DNA of 64,000 bases from an uncultured Gemmatimonadales bacterium (GCA_963701965.1 OY969695.1:1952001-2016000); one strand, 5' to 3'; counted from the first letter of the stretch, positions 47,714-58,239 are shown. Notes: generated by a model not told the origin, from the sequence alone. Numbers and translations are program-made.

Positions 47714-49120
47714 ATGCTGCGAACGACCGTCTTTCTGCTGGCCGTGAGTGCCGCTGCCGCTGCGGCGCAGGACCCGGCACCGTCTCAACCCCCGAAGCTC
47801 GACAAAGTCGGCGGCAGCCCCAACGTGCACCTGCTGTCGCACGTCCCCCTCGGCGGCTACTTCCGCGTGGCCGACGCGGACCTGGAGCAGGAGATGTCGC
47901 GCCCCTACGCCTACGTCGGACAGATCCGCGACCGCCCCGGCTTCACGATTCTCGATATCAAAGATCCATCGAACGCCAAAGTCCTGTACAAGTGGAAGAT
48001 CGAAAATGCCGATCTCCACCAGGGGGACGGCGGCCTCCGCGCCAAGTACTTCAAGCTCAAAGGACGCTACTACGTCGCCGTCTGCTATCAGTTCCTCCAG
48101 GGCTCACCGGACACCGACCTCGGCGCCATCATCTACGACGTGACGGGTCTGCCGGACACGAGCAAGATCAAGGTCGTCGCCCGGATCACCGCGCCCTCCA
48201 CGCCCGGTGGCTTCCACAATCTCTTCATGTACAAGCACTCCGATGGCCGGGTGCTGATGTTCACCACGACCACGACGAGCCAAGCCAACATCTACGACAT
48301 GGAGAAGACAATCGCCGGCGACAAGGACTTCGGATTCATCGGCACGGTCCCAATTCCCCAAGGATCCGCCCACAAAGAAGTCCTGCCGGGCTTCGCGCAG
48401 GGACAGATCGCGATCTCGGGCTACCACGATTTCTACGTGGGCTTCGATCCGGCCACGCGGCAGGACAAGTTCTATGGCGCTGGCGCGGGCGGCTACTACG
48501 TCTACGATGTCACCCACACCGATCAGATCAAGCTGGTCACCTCGGTGGTCGGCTCGGCTGGGGTAGGCTGGGGCCACACCTTCACGCCGACGCCCGATGG
48601 CGCGTTCGCTATCACCGAGACCGAGTATCAGTGGGCGCCACTGCGTATCTACGACCTGCGTCCCGGGTTGGAGGGGAAAGTCCAGGCCGTCACGCAACCC
48701 GTGTCGGTGTGGAACGCCGACTGGAACGACCTCGCCCACAACCACGAAGTCCGCTGGCCGTACGTGTTCGTCTCCGCCTACGAGGATGGTCTCCAGATCT
48801 TCAACATGCAGGATCCGGCGCACCCGAAGACCATCGGCTGGTACTACACATGCGAATGCCAGCACGAGACCGGGTTCGGCGGCCTGCCGCAGTGGACCGG
48901 CAAGAGCATCTATAATGGCGCCTTCGGCATCATGGTGCGGAATGCCGATGGCCTCATCATGATCACCGACTCCAACACCGGCGCCTGGTTCTTCAAGCTC
49001 GACGGGTTCAGTGGCTGGAATGGCGACGACTGGGGCATGCCCAACATCTCCAGCGCGCAGGACTGGGATCACGGCCCGCCGGGATCGGCGGCCCATAAAG
49101 TCGCCACCGCTACCAAGTAA
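47714..49120 (+). CDS. Secreted LVIVD-like beta-propeller protein with conserved His motifs (copy 2)
   Basis: Paralogue of 36185-37585; AGGAG Shine-Dalgarno. Confidence 0.7.
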   Translation: MLRTTVFLLAVSAAAAAAQDPAPSQPPKLDKVGGSPNVHLLSHVPLGGYFRVADADLEQEMSRPYAYVGQIRDRPGFTILDIKDPSNAKVLYKWKIENADLHQGDGGLRAKYFKLKGRYYVAVCYQFLQGSPDTDLGAIIYDVTGLPDTSKIKVVARITAPSTPGGFHNLFMYKHSDGRVLMFTTTTTSQANIYDMEKTIAGDKDFGFIGTVPIPQGSAHKEVLPGFAQGQIAISGYHDFYVGFDPATRQDKFYGAGAGGYYVYDVTHTDQIKLVTSVVGSAGVGWGHTFTPTPDGAFAITETEYQWAPLRIYDLRPGLEGKVQAVTQPVSVWNADWNDLAHNHEVRWPYVFVSAYEDGLQIFNMQDPAHPKTIGWYYTCECQHETGFGGLPQWTGKSIYNGAFGIMVRNADGLIMITDSNTGAWFFKLDGFSGWNGDDWGMPNISSAQDWDHGPPGSAAHKVATATK

Positions 49121-49127
49121 GCGTTCC

Positions 49128-50867
49128 ATGAAACTCTTCTCCCTCCTGGCGCTGGTGCCGCTCGCGACGAGCGGCGCCAGCGCCCGGGCGCAACAGCCGC
49201 GGTTCGAGGTCAGCTTCCCCGCCTCGCTCAACGCGCAGCCCATCACCGGCCGCGTGTTCGTGACGCTGTTCCAGCGCGCCGACATCGAACCGCGCATCGC
49301 CGCCTATCAGTCGGCGCGCTTCCGCATCGGACGCGTCCCGATCTTCTCGGTCGACATCGACCAGCTGGCGCCGGGCAAGGCGGCGATCGTCGACGCCCGC
49401 GCCGCGGGATATCCGCTGGCCAGCCTCCGCGACCTGCCGGCCGGTGACTACTACGCCCAAGCCGTCCTCAACGTCTACACGCAGTACCGCCGGTCCGACG
49501 GTCACACGATCTGGGCCCACCAGGATCACTGGGAGGGCCAGCGATGGGCCTACGCGCCGGGCAATCTGCTCTCGACCCCGTTCAAGGTGCACCTCGATCC
49601 TGCCAAGGGATTCACGGTCACGCTGGCGTTCGACCACGCGATCCCGCCGCTCGAGCCACCGAAGGACACGAAGTGGGTCAAGTGGGTCCGGATCAAGAGT
49701 GACCTGCTCACGAAATTCTGGGGCGTGCCGCAGGAGTTGGGCGCCACGGTGCTCTTGCCCAAGGGGTACGACGAGCATCCGGACGTGCACTACCCGGTGC
49801 TCTATATCCAGACGCATTTCTCGCTCGACCCGCCATTCAATTTCACCGACGACCCGTCACCGCCACCGCCGGGCATTCAGCTGGCGCCGGCGAGCGCGCG
49901 GTCGAACGTCGAATCGGCGCGCCCTTTCGGTGGGGGTGGGAAGAAAGAAACAGGATACGAGTTCTACCAGTCGTGGATCTCCGACGACATGCCGCGGATG
50001 ATCCTCGTCACCTTCCAGCACGTGACGCCGTACTTCGACGACTCGTACGCCGTCAACTCGGCGAACAACGGCCCGTACGGCGACGCGCTCATGCAGGAGC
50101 TGATCCCGTACCTGGAATCGCACTTCCGCATCATCCGGGAGCCGTACGCGCGCGTCCTGACGGGTGGGTCGACCGGTGGGTGGGAATCCCTGGCGCTGCA
50201 GCTCTATCATCCGGACTTCTTCGGCGGCACGTGGACGTTCTACCCCGATCCGATCGATTTCCGGCGCTATCAGATGGTGGACATCTACTCCGACTCGAAC
50301 GCGTTCGTCGTACCGAACGCGGCGCCGGGCGCACCGGAGCGAATGATGCAGATGACGCCCGAGGGGCAGCCCGTGGCCTCGATGCGGGCCATTGCCCAGA
50401 TGGAGGACGTATCGGGTACGCACGGCCGGTCGGCCGCGCAGTTCGACGTGTGGAACGCGGTCTATGGCCCCGTCGGCGCCGACGGGTATCCGCGGCAGGT
50501 GTTCGACTTCCACACGGGAAAAATCGATCACGAGGTCGCGAGCTACATGCGCGACCACGGCTATGACCTCCGCTACTACGCCGAGCAGAACTGGGCCAAG
50601 ATCGGGCCATCGCTCGTCGGCAAGATTCACATGCTCTCCGGCGACATGGATGATTTCATGCTGGCGCCGGCGATCTATCTCATGCAGGACTTCCTCGAGA
50701 GCACGAAGAACCCGTACTACGCCGGAGATTTTCGCTTTGGGCGGCCCATGAAAGGCCATGGTTGGCAGCCCATGACGAACGCCGATCTGATTCGTGAAAT
50801 GGCGGCGCAGATCGCGAAGAACGCCCCCTCCGGCGAATCCACGAGGGCCTGGCGCGATGCACAATAA
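49128..50867 (+). CDS. Secreted alpha/beta-hydrolase (putative esterase)
   Basis: GGSTGG nucleophile elbow, LLPKGY...YPVLY, NSANNGPYG, GDMDD, KGHGW. Confidence 0.8.
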   Translation: MKLFSLLALVPLATSGASARAQQPRFEVSFPASLNAQPITGRVFVTLFQRADIEPRIAAYQSARFRIGRVPIFSVDIDQLAPGKAAIVDARAAGYPLASLRDLPAGDYYAQAVLNVYTQYRRSDGHTIWAHQDHWEGQRWAYAPGNLLSTPFKVHLDPAKGFTVTLAFDHAIPPLEPPKDTKWVKWVRIKSDLLTKFWGVPQELGATVLLPKGYDEHPDVHYPVLYIQTHFSLDPPFNFTDDPSPPPPGIQLAPASARSNVESARPFGGGGKKETGYEFYQSWISDDMPRMILVTFQHVTPYFDDSYAVNSANNGPYGDALMQELIPYLESHFRIIREPYARVLTGGSTGGWESLALQLYHPDFFGGTWTFYPDPIDFRRYQMVDIYSDSNAFVVPNAAPGAPERMMQMTPEGQPVASMRAIAQMEDVSGTHGRSAAQFDVWNAVYGPVGADGYPRQVFDFHTGKIDHEVASYMRDHGYDLRYYAEQNWAKIGPSLVGKIHMLSGDMDDFMLAPAIYLMQDFLESTKNPYYAGDFRFGRPMKGHGWQPMTNADLIREMAAQIAKNAPSGESTRAWRDAQ

Positions 50868-52785
50868 CACACTCGTCATTCTCGCCCTCTCGGCCGTGGC
50901 GCTGCGTGCCAACGCGCAGGGGCCACTGTCCCCAGAGGAGCTCACCAACATTCGATCCGTCGTGGGCACGGCGGCGCCGCAATGGTCGCCCGATGGGTCC
51001 CGTTTGATGTTCGCCTCACCCCTCGGCGGGTCGGACCTGTGGACCATCCCCGCGACGGGTGGTTTCCCGGTGCCGCTCGACGTCGACATGGGCGAGGTCG
51101 CATTTCTGCAGGGACACCAGCCGACGTTCTCGCCCGACGGAAAATGGATCGCCTATATCTCCAACAAGACGGGCGCGGCGGAGATGTTCGCGACGTCGCT
51201 CGAGGATGGACGGGCGATCCAGCTGACGCATCTCGGGGCCCGCATCAATTCGTACTCCTGGTCGCCGGACAGCCGGTGGATCGCCGTCGCCAATGATCGC
51301 TCCGGGAGCTACGACATTTATAAGGTCGCGGTGCCGACGGGAGCCATCACCCGCCTGACCACGGATACCCGATATGAGGTGTATCCGTCGTGGACGCCGG
51401 ACAGCAAGCGCATCGTCTACGTCCGACTCGATGATCGCTGGCTGGACCATGACGTGCTGACGATCGACGCCGACGGCGGACGGGTCCCGCAGGTGGTGGT
51501 CAAGGACACGGACTTCTTCGACTACGGCGCCGGCCAGACGTTCGGGTACCCGCAGATCTCGCCCGACGGGTCGACGCTGCTCTTTCGCTCCCAACGCAGC
51601 GGCTGGATCAACTACTGGACGGTGCCGCTGGCCGGCGGGACGCCCAAGCTGCTGGCCCCGGAGGCGGCGAATCAAAACGGCGCCCACTGGAGCCCGGACG
51701 GCAAGTCAATCCTGTACGTCGCCCTGTGGAACGGCACGCAGGACCTTCGCGTGGTCGCCGCCAGCGGCGGCACGCCGCGCGTGCTCGTCAAACCCGCCGA
51801 CCAGGGATACATCGATAACGCCTCCTGGTCCCCGGATGGCGCGCACGTCAGCTACACGATGGCCACGACGACGGCGCCCGCGGACCTGTACGTGGTGGCC
51901 GCCGCCGGCGGCACGCCTAATCGTCTCACGATCTCCGTGGCGCCGTCGTTTCGCGACGCGGCGCTGATCGTGCCGAAGAAGATTCACTACAAAGCCGTGG
52001 ACGGCGTCACCACGGCGGCCTACCTCTACGAGCCGCGGCTCGCCGCGGGCCAGAAGGCGCCGGGCATTCTCCTGATCCACGGGGGACCGACCAGCTCGTG
52101 GAACGACACGTATCAGGTCCAGGCGCAGTTCTTCACCATGCGGGGCTACGCGGTACTGCTGCCGAATATCCGGGGCAGCTCGGGTTATGGCAAACCGTTC
52201 GAGGACTCGAACAACGGGTGCTGGGGCCGGTGCGACCTCAAGGACGTCGAGGGCGGCGTCGCTTATCTCAAGACGCTCCCGTACATTGATGCGGCGCACA
52301 TGGGCATCACCGGCACCAGTTACGGCGGGATCATGACGCTGGACGCCGCGGCGTTCGCGCCCGGGCTCTTTCAAGCGGGCATCGCGGCGTCGGGCTATGG
52401 GGACTGGCTGGCGTTCACCGATGAGCAGGAGATGCGCCACATCAAGCTGCTGCACTACGAGCTGGGCTATCTCCCGCAGGCCGAGAAGCTGTACCGGAAT
52501 CTGTCGGCGATCTACTACATCGACTCGATCCAGACGCCGCTCTTCCTGGTGCACGGCGAAGGCAAGTCCCTGCCGCGGTCCGACGCGTCCAAGATCTTCG
52601 TCGATCGGATGGAGATGAAGTACAAGCCCGTGCGGTACAAGACCTACCCGAACGAGAACTACTACATCCAGAGCGCCGCGAACATCCGGGTGCTCATGGT
52701 GGACATGCTGGCGTTCTTCGAGCAATACTTGCGCGATCCGGGGAGCGAGACGGCGACGGCGTCGGGTCTTTCACCGCATCGTTAG
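50857..52785 (+). CDS. S9 (prolyl oligopeptidase-like) homologue with WSPDG propeller repeats; catalytic Asp and His not conserved
   Basis: WSPDG repeats, IHGGP, NIRGSSGYG, GTSYGG. Confidence 0.85.
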   Translation: MHNNTLVILALSAVALRANAQGPLSPEELTNIRSVVGTAAPQWSPDGSRLMFASPLGGSDLWTIPATGGFPVPLDVDMGEVAFLQGHQPTFSPDGKWIAYISNKTGAAEMFATSLEDGRAIQLTHLGARINSYSWSPDSRWIAVANDRSGSYDIYKVAVPTGAITRLTTDTRYEVYPSWTPDSKRIVYVRLDDRWLDHDVLTIDADGGRVPQVVVKDTDFFDYGAGQTFGYPQISPDGSTLLFRSQRSGWINYWTVPLAGGTPKLLAPEAANQNGAHWSPDGKSILYVALWNGTQDLRVVAASGGTPRVLVKPADQGYIDNASWSPDGAHVSYTMATTTAPADLYVVAAAGGTPNRLTISVAPSFRDAALIVPKKIHYKAVDGVTTAAYLYEPRLAAGQKAPGILLIHGGPTSSWNDTYQVQAQFFTMRGYAVLLPNIRGSSGYGKPFEDSNNGCWGRCDLKDVEGGVAYLKTLPYIDAAHMGITGTSYGGIMTLDAAAFAPGLFQAGIAASGYGDWLAFTDEQEMRHIKLLHYELGYLPQAEKLYRNLSAIYYIDSIQTPLFLVHGEGKSLPRSDASKIFVDRMEMKYKPVRYKTYPNENYYIQSAANIRVLMVDMLAFFEQYLRDPGSETATASGLSPHR

Positions 52786-52870
52786 TCGAATCCAGGACCT
52801 GGTCGGCCGCCGTCTCGGGGTCGACCGGGTCCCCTGGACGCTGGGCGTGCCCAGGAGAATTTTTCCAGTC

Positions 52871-53356
52871 ATGGACACTCGCCTCGTGGGACTCGCCGAT
52901 CTGCTGAAGTGGAATACGCTGCTCTTTCGGAACTGCCTGGATGGAGTCTCGCCGGAGCAATCGTTCATGCGCCCAACGCCCAAGACGAACCATCTCGCCT
53001 TCGTGGCGGCGCACGTCACGGACTCGCGATATAACCTGCTGAAGGTGCTCGGCGCCCAGCGGCCGAGCCCGATGCAGCAATACATTGGGAAAGCGCGCGC
53101 GTTGGATGAAATCGAGCGCTGGCCGACGCTAACCGAAACGCTGGACGCATGGACGAAAGCAGGACATGCGTTGCGCGATCGGCTGGACTCCCTGACAACC
53201 GCCGATGTCGCGGCGCCGATGGATCCGCCGTTTCTCGGCCCCGACAAGACGCGGTTGGACGGGCTCTCGTTCCTGGCCCAGCACGAGAGCTACCATATCG
53301 GGCAACTCTCGCTCCTGCGCACGTTCGTCGGCTTACCGGCGATGAGGTACTCGTAG
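52871..53356 (+). CDS. DinB-family protein
   Basis: NHLAFVAAH and QHESYHIGQL His triad. Confidence 0.85.
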   Translation: MDTRLVGLADLLKWNTLLFRNCLDGVSPEQSFMRPTPKTNHLAFVAAHVTDSRYNLLKVLGAQRPSPMQQYIGKARALDEIERWPTLTETLDAWTKAGHALRDRLDSLTTADVAAPMDPPFLGPDKTRLDGLSFLAQHESYHIGQLSLLRTFVGLPAMRYS

Positions 53357-53357
53357 C

Positions 53358-54146
53358 CTATGGCGTCGAGTCTTTCGCCGAGTCGCCCGTCGAATCCTGG
53401 GCCCGGTCGGCCGCCGTCTCGGGGCCGACCCCGATCGTGCGCAGGTAGAGATTCAGGGATCCGAACGACAGCTTGGATTTGATCTGGAGGACGGCGCGCG
53501 TCGAGTCGTTGGACACCCAGACTTCGGCGTGCCCGCCTTCGGAGAAGATGCCCGGGGTCTTGAAGATCGGCTGCACGACGAGGGCGTCGAACTTGCCCGC
53601 CGGGACCTCTACCTTTTCCTGGCGCAACACCTTGAGAATGACGGGATTGATCTTGGGCCGGAAATACCGGTCCCACTGATACGTTTGTCCCACGACCAAG
53701 GGCTGGGTACGGACGAAATACAGGAAGGTCGCATCATCGAGCGGCTGCTCCACCGATTGCTCGACGGCCTTCCCCTCCTGCTGCATGGCCTTCATGTCGG
53801 GGTAGAACTCGAACCGCCGATGCACGTGCCGGCCGCCCTCGTTGACGTCCTGCCAGAACCGGAGCGACGTCATCGTCTTGGGGTCGAACCAGCTTTGCGT
53901 CGTGTCGTTCACGTGATAGAACAACGCGCTCCCCTGCACTACGAAGAGAACGTGGAGCACGTGCCGGCCACGCAGCGTGTCGGAGCCCACGATCTCCAGC
54001 GTCGCGTGCCCGACGCGCAGCGACCCGAATTTCACGTTGTACGTGAAGCGCTCGCCTTCGTGGAACGGCACGCGCGCCACGGTGTCGGTTTGGGCGGCGG
54101 CGCGGACCCCAAAGACCAGCGCCGCGAGAAGCAGAAATCGCGTCAC
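53358..54146 (-). CDS. DUF3108-like secreted protein
   Basis: GERFTYNVKFG...VG.ATL and EKVEVPAGKFDA; GTGA overlap with the upstream gene. Confidence 0.78.
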   Translation of the reverse strand: MTRFLLLAALVFGVRAAAQTDTVARVPFHEGERFTYNVKFGSLRVGHATLEIVGSDTLRGRHVLHVLFVVQGSALFYHVNDTTQSWFDPKTMTSLRFWQDVNEGGRHVHRRFEFYPDMKAMQQEGKAVEQSVEQPLDDATFLYFVRTQPLVVGQTYQWDRYFRPKINPVILKVLRQEKVEVPAGKFDALVVQPIFKTPGIFSEGGHAEVWVSNDSTRAVLQIKSKLSFGSLNLYLRTIGVGPETAADRAQDSTGDSAKDSTP

Positions 54147-55315
54147 GCCAACGCGGGCTGGGGACGCGGGGCCACCGCGCGACGGCGCGCGATCTGCGCC
54201 CGGAGGCGCAGCAGCCAGAAGAGCACCACGGCGGTCGCCAGCAACGCCGACCGGCCTTCCCATGTGCGCCGGACATCGAACACCGCCACCGGTCGCGCGA
54301 GACGCCGCCCGTCGTACCGGATGACGGGATTCAGGAACATGACGGAGTGTCGGGTCGCGATCACGGTCCGCACATAGGGGTCGTCGGGTCGCAGGACGTA
54401 GGATGCCGAGCGTACGCCGAGCGCACGGCCCCGCAGCACGCCGCCTTGGCCAATGAAGTCGATACGGGTCACGGGTGTATCGCAGCTCACTACCAGCGTA
54501 TCACCGTGAACGTCGATTCGTTCCGGGTGGGCATCGCTCTGGGCATGATGACCGGCGACGGCATAGGCCCGGCCGGCCCGCAGCGCCCCCACGATGTCCG
54601 CGGCCTTGGTGCTCGTGCTGTAGACCATAGTCCACATCGCGCCGGTCTGGCCGGGGTCACGAACATCGTGCGAGTCGTCGCTGCCCAGCGCCCACACGGG
54701 GTGCCCCGACGACAAGGCGGCGTCCCATAGGGAGTCGGACACGACGAAGTGGTTGAGCACTTCGATGAAATCGTAGTGGGTCAGCATCCGCAGATCACGC
54801 ACCGAGTAGGCGCCGCGCAGTCCTGGATGCGCGATAGCCACGAGTCCGGCCTGGGCCGCGACCTGGTCGATGACGTATTGCTTTTGGGCGCGCGTCTGGA
54901 AGAGTGGGAAATCGAGCCAGGCGACGTGGCGGGCGTCGATCGCCAGGAGATGACTCTTCAGGATGTTGTAGCCGTGTTCGTACGTGGGCACGAACGTGGA
55001 GTCGCCGCCTCGGGCCCGGCGCTGGTCGATCTGCATGTAGTCGGAAACGCCATCGACATCATACCCGAGCGATCGGTATCGGCTCACGACCGCGCTATCG
55101 GTCTGGCGCGCTTCGGTCAGCCCACCCCACGCCCGGCCATGGGCATGAAAGTTCGCCGTGCGCCACTCCCCGCCATCCCCCAGCCCTTGGTACGGATTGT
55201 ACAGGGCTGGGCCGGCGAATGGGGCGGGCGCTGGGAAATCGTAAACCGGAACGAGAACGTACGGCGCAACAACGAAGGTAACGATGACGCCGACGACCAG
55301 GAGTGTACGTCGCAC
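54143..55315 (-). CDS. Membrane-anchored PHP-family metallophosphoesterase-like protein
   Basis: NFHAH, VSDY, IAHP, IEVLN, GSDDSH motifs. Confidence 0.72.
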   Translation of the reverse strand: MRRTLLVVGVIVTFVVAPYVLVPVYDFPAPAPFAGPALYNPYQGLGDGGEWRTANFHAHGRAWGGLTEARQTDSAVVSRYRSLGYDVDGVSDYMQIDQRRARGGDSTFVPTYEHGYNILKSHLLAIDARHVAWLDFPLFQTRAQKQYVIDQVAAQAGLVAIAHPGLRGAYSVRDLRMLTHYDFIEVLNHFVVSDSLWDAALSSGHPVWALGSDDSHDVRDPGQTGAMWTMVYSTSTKAADIVGALRAGRAYAVAGHHAQSDAHPERIDVHGDTLVVSCDTPVTRIDFIGQGGVLRGRALGVRSASYVLRPDDPYVRTVIATRHSVMFLNPVIRYDGRRLARPVAVFDVRRTWEGRSALLATAVVLFWLLRLRAQIARRRAVAPRPQPALA

Positions 55316-55335
55316 CGCATAGGAGTATAGCCGGC

Positions 55336-56322
55336 TTACGGCCCGAACACGAGCACGGCAAACGTGCCCGGAACGACACTGGGACGCGGCGGAGGCGTCA
55401 GCTCAGCGCCGATGAGATATGCGCGGTGCGAGGTCGGGTCCACGGCGATGGTGCGGACGCCGTTCTGGGTATTCACGGTCTCAGCGACGCGATAGCCGTT
55501 CGGCCCGTCGGCCGCCACGACGGTGAGGGTCCCGTCACCATTGGCGCTGAACGCGAGGCCGGTGCCGGGATCGTAGTCGACGGCGTCCACACCATCGCCG
55601 ATCGGCACGGTCGAGACGACGGACCCGGTCTCGATGTCGGAGATCGCCATCACTTTGTTGTGACACCCGCTGAACAGCCGGCGGTGCACGCGATCGATGG
55701 CGAGCGCGGCGGGAACGTGGCAAGGCGCCACGGACCACCGGCGCAGCACGGCCAGGGTCTTGACGTCGATCTCCGCCACGGAGTCGGCGTGCTCGAGGTT
55801 CACGTAGGCACGGCCGCGACCGTCGACCGCGCCGTAGCCCGGCGAGGCGCCCAAGGGCACCGTGCCGACGATGGTGCCTTTCGCGGCGTCGATCACGGTG
55901 ACGTCGTTGCCGTTGCCATTGAACGTGAGCACGCGCTTGGTCGCGGGATCGTAGACGATGGCGTCGGGATCGTCGCCGGTGCCGGTGACGACGCCGATCG
56001 TGGCCAGTGTCTTGAGATCGAAGATGGTCACACTGGCGGTACGCCCGTTGCTGGTGTAGCCCCGACCCAGCTCGTTGGCCAGGGCGACGCCGTGCACCCC
56101 GTCGGTGTGGACAATGGCGCCGAGTTGGCCCCCGGTCTTGGCATCCACGACGTCGACGTGGGCGCCGTGGGTGACGAACAGCCGGTGGGTCGCGGTGTCG
56201 ACGGTGAGATAGTCCCAACCGCTGGCGCCACCGAGGACAACCTTCGCAATCAGATGATAGCCTGGATCGGTGGCAAGGATCAGAGACCCGAGCACCGCGA
56301 GCAAATAGGTGAGGATGCGCAT
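55336..56322 (-). CDS. YncE/YVTN-type secreted beta-propeller
   Basis: GWDYLTVD, HGVALA, GYTSNG, PDAIVYDP, RLFSGC. Confidence 0.82.
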   Translation of the reverse strand: MRILTYLLAVLGSLILATDPGYHLIAKVVLGGASGWDYLTVDTATHRLFVTHGAHVDVVDAKTGGQLGAIVHTDGVHGVALANELGRGYTSNGRTASVTIFDLKTLATIGVVTGTGDDPDAIVYDPATKRVLTFNGNGNDVTVIDAAKGTIVGTVPLGASPGYGAVDGRGRAYVNLEHADSVAEIDVKTLAVLRRWSVAPCHVPAALAIDRVHRRLFSGCHNKVMAISDIETGSVVSTVPIGDGVDAVDYDPGTGLAFSANGDGTLTVVAADGPNGYRVAETVNTQNGVRTIAVDPTSHRAYLIGAELTPPPRPSVVPGTFAVLVFGP

Positions 56323-56411
56323 GCGCACAGTCTGGCGCGCCCATGGGCGGATGCGCACGGCCGCCAGCGGCACGTATTGTCCGGCAGGCACGTGTCAGGT
56401 GACATTTGGTC

Positions 56412-57518
56412 ATGAACCACCCGTCCGACATGGTGCGGGGCTCGGCTATTGTCTACCGGCTGTACGACGTTGGCTACGAGATCCACTTGGACCGCGCCAT
56501 CGATCTCCTGTCCGGGGCGGGGAATGCCAGCGCTCCGCTGCGCGTGCGTCCCGTTCGTGGCGAAGCGCAAGCGATCCAGATCGCCAACCCGCCGATTACG
56601 GTCGCGCTCGGCGCCGAGGTAGTGGCCGCGCCAGGGGTGTGCGGGCCGGCGGAAGTCTCGGCGCGCATCTTCGATTTCGGAGTGGTGTCGTTGCGGCTGA
56701 CGATTCCGGCTGAGGAGATGACATGGCCGGAGTTCACGCGGTTCGGGAACGCGGTGGACGTCAAGATCGACTTGAGTCCGGTGTTCGAGCGCCACCTGAC
56801 GGCGCTGCTGGCGCGCATCGCGCCGGCGGTCGAACGGCAGGTGGTGCAGACGGTCACCGAAGACTACGTGGTGTTTCGCATCACGTCGGAGACGAGCGCC
56901 GAGACGCTGCGCGATGAGAACATCGTCCCGCTGCTCTTGAACGAACGGCGGCCGTTGTCGAATACGGCAAAGGCCGAGCTACTGCCGCACCGGTTTTCCT
57001 ACTATACCGACGATCTCACGATCCTGACGTGGGACAATGCGCTCATCGTCGAACCCTCGGCCGACGACGCGGACGTGCAGTACATCCTGGAGTTCGCCAA
57101 CGCCCAACTGTTGGAGCTCCGCGTCTACGACGCCATCCTCGACGCCGAGCTGCCGAAGATGTACGACCGCGTGGCGATCGCGCGGCCCCGGGGCGTGACG
57201 CTCTTGCGGGGCCGCTACGCGTCGATCCTCGCCGACCTGCAGGCTTTGGTCGCCGACTCCACCGAGTTGGTCGAGCGCGTGGAGAGCGCGCTCAAGGTCA
57301 CCGACGACGTCTACCTGGCGCGGATCTACACCGCGGCGCTGGAGATCTTTCGCGGCCGGGAATGGCGGCGGGGGATCGACCGCAAGCTGTCGATCATCCG
57401 CGAGACCTACGACATGCTGAACGGCGAGTCCCAGGCGGCGCGGTCAGAGGCCCTGGAGATCCTCGTGGTCGCGCTCATCGCGGCCGAGATCCTGTTGGCG
57501 ATCTTGATGCGGCATTAG
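56412..57518 (+). CDS. Conserved membrane-anchored protein, RMD1/DUF155-like
   Basis: YRLYDVG.EI.L, EFANAQLLELRVYD, C-terminal ARSEALEILVVALIAAEI helix. Confidence 0.6.
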   Translation: MNHPSDMVRGSAIVYRLYDVGYEIHLDRAIDLLSGAGNASAPLRVRPVRGEAQAIQIANPPITVALGAEVVAAPGVCGPAEVSARIFDFGVVSLRLTIPAEEMTWPEFTRFGNAVDVKIDLSPVFERHLTALLARIAPAVERQVVQTVTEDYVVFRITSETSAETLRDENIVPLLLNERRPLSNTAKAELLPHRFSYYTDDLTILTWDNALIVEPSADDADVQYILEFANAQLLELRVYDAILDAELPKMYDRVAIARPRGVTLLRGRYASILADLQALVADSTELVERVESALKVTDDVYLARIYTAALEIFRGREWRRGIDRKLSIIRETYDMLNGESQAARSEALEILVVALIAAEILLAILMRH

Positions 57519-57561
57519 CCGCTTGCTCGCCGACGGCCCCTGTATGTACATTTATAGTATA

Positions 57562-57774
57562 ATGTCATTACAGGCCCGCAAGAAGACATCGCGAAAGACT
57601 TCGAAGACCTATCGCCTCGATACCACCCGCATCGAAGCGGCCCGAAAAGCGCTCGGCGCCAAGACTGCCACCGAGGCGATCGAGCGTGCCCTGGACCTCG
57701 TGGTCCTCCGCCGGGAGCTCGTCGAGGGGACGAAGCGTATGCTCGGCGTCCGGATCGAGCGGTCGGACGACTAG
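57562..57774 (+). CDS. Putative VapB-like antitoxin
   Basis: Small basic protein (RLD..RIEAARKALGAKTATEAIERAL) directly upstream of a PIN toxin. Confidence 0.7.
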   Translation: MSLQARKKTSRKTSKTYRLDTTRIEAARKALGAKTATEAIERALDLVVLRRELVEGTKRMLGVRIERSDD

Positions 57775-57786
57775 CGCGACATCCCC

Positions 57787-58239
57787 GTGCGCCGTCGCAA
57801 GTACGCGCTCGATACGAACCTGTTCATTGATGGTTTCGCGACCCGCGAGGCCAATGCGGAGCTACAGGAGTTCCACGCCGTCTTTGCTCCCTACGAGTAC
57901 CTGAGCGCGGTAGTCGCGGCCGAGCTGCGCGCCGGCGCGCGCACCGCCGCCGACCGACTGGCGCTCCAGCGAGACGTCTTCCGCCCCTTCGAGCAGCGCG
58001 GGCGGGTCATCACCCCGTCCTATCGCGCGTGGTCGGAAGCCGGCGATGTCCTGGCGGCACTGGCGGCCTCCGAAGGCTTGGAGCTCAAACGAGTTACGCG
58101 GAACTTCGGGCACGACGTGCTGATCGCGGCCTCATGCCGCGAAGCCGGCACCATCGTCGTCACGCGGAACCGCCGTGATTGCGAGCGGATCGCTCGCGTA
58201 CTCCCGTTCGACTTCGTCGACGCCTACCCGACATCGTAG
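57787..58239 (+). CDS. vapC: PIN-domain (VapC-family) toxin
   Basis: ALDTNLFI, SAVVAAEL, DVLIAAS, VTRN..D. Confidence 0.85.
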   Translation: MRRRKYALDTNLFIDGFATREANAELQEFHAVFAPYEYLSAVVAAELRAGARTAADRLALQRDVFRPFEQRGRVITPSYRAWSEAGDVLAALAASEGLELKRVTRNFGHDVLIAASCREAGTIVVTRNRRDCERIARVLPFDFVDAYPTS

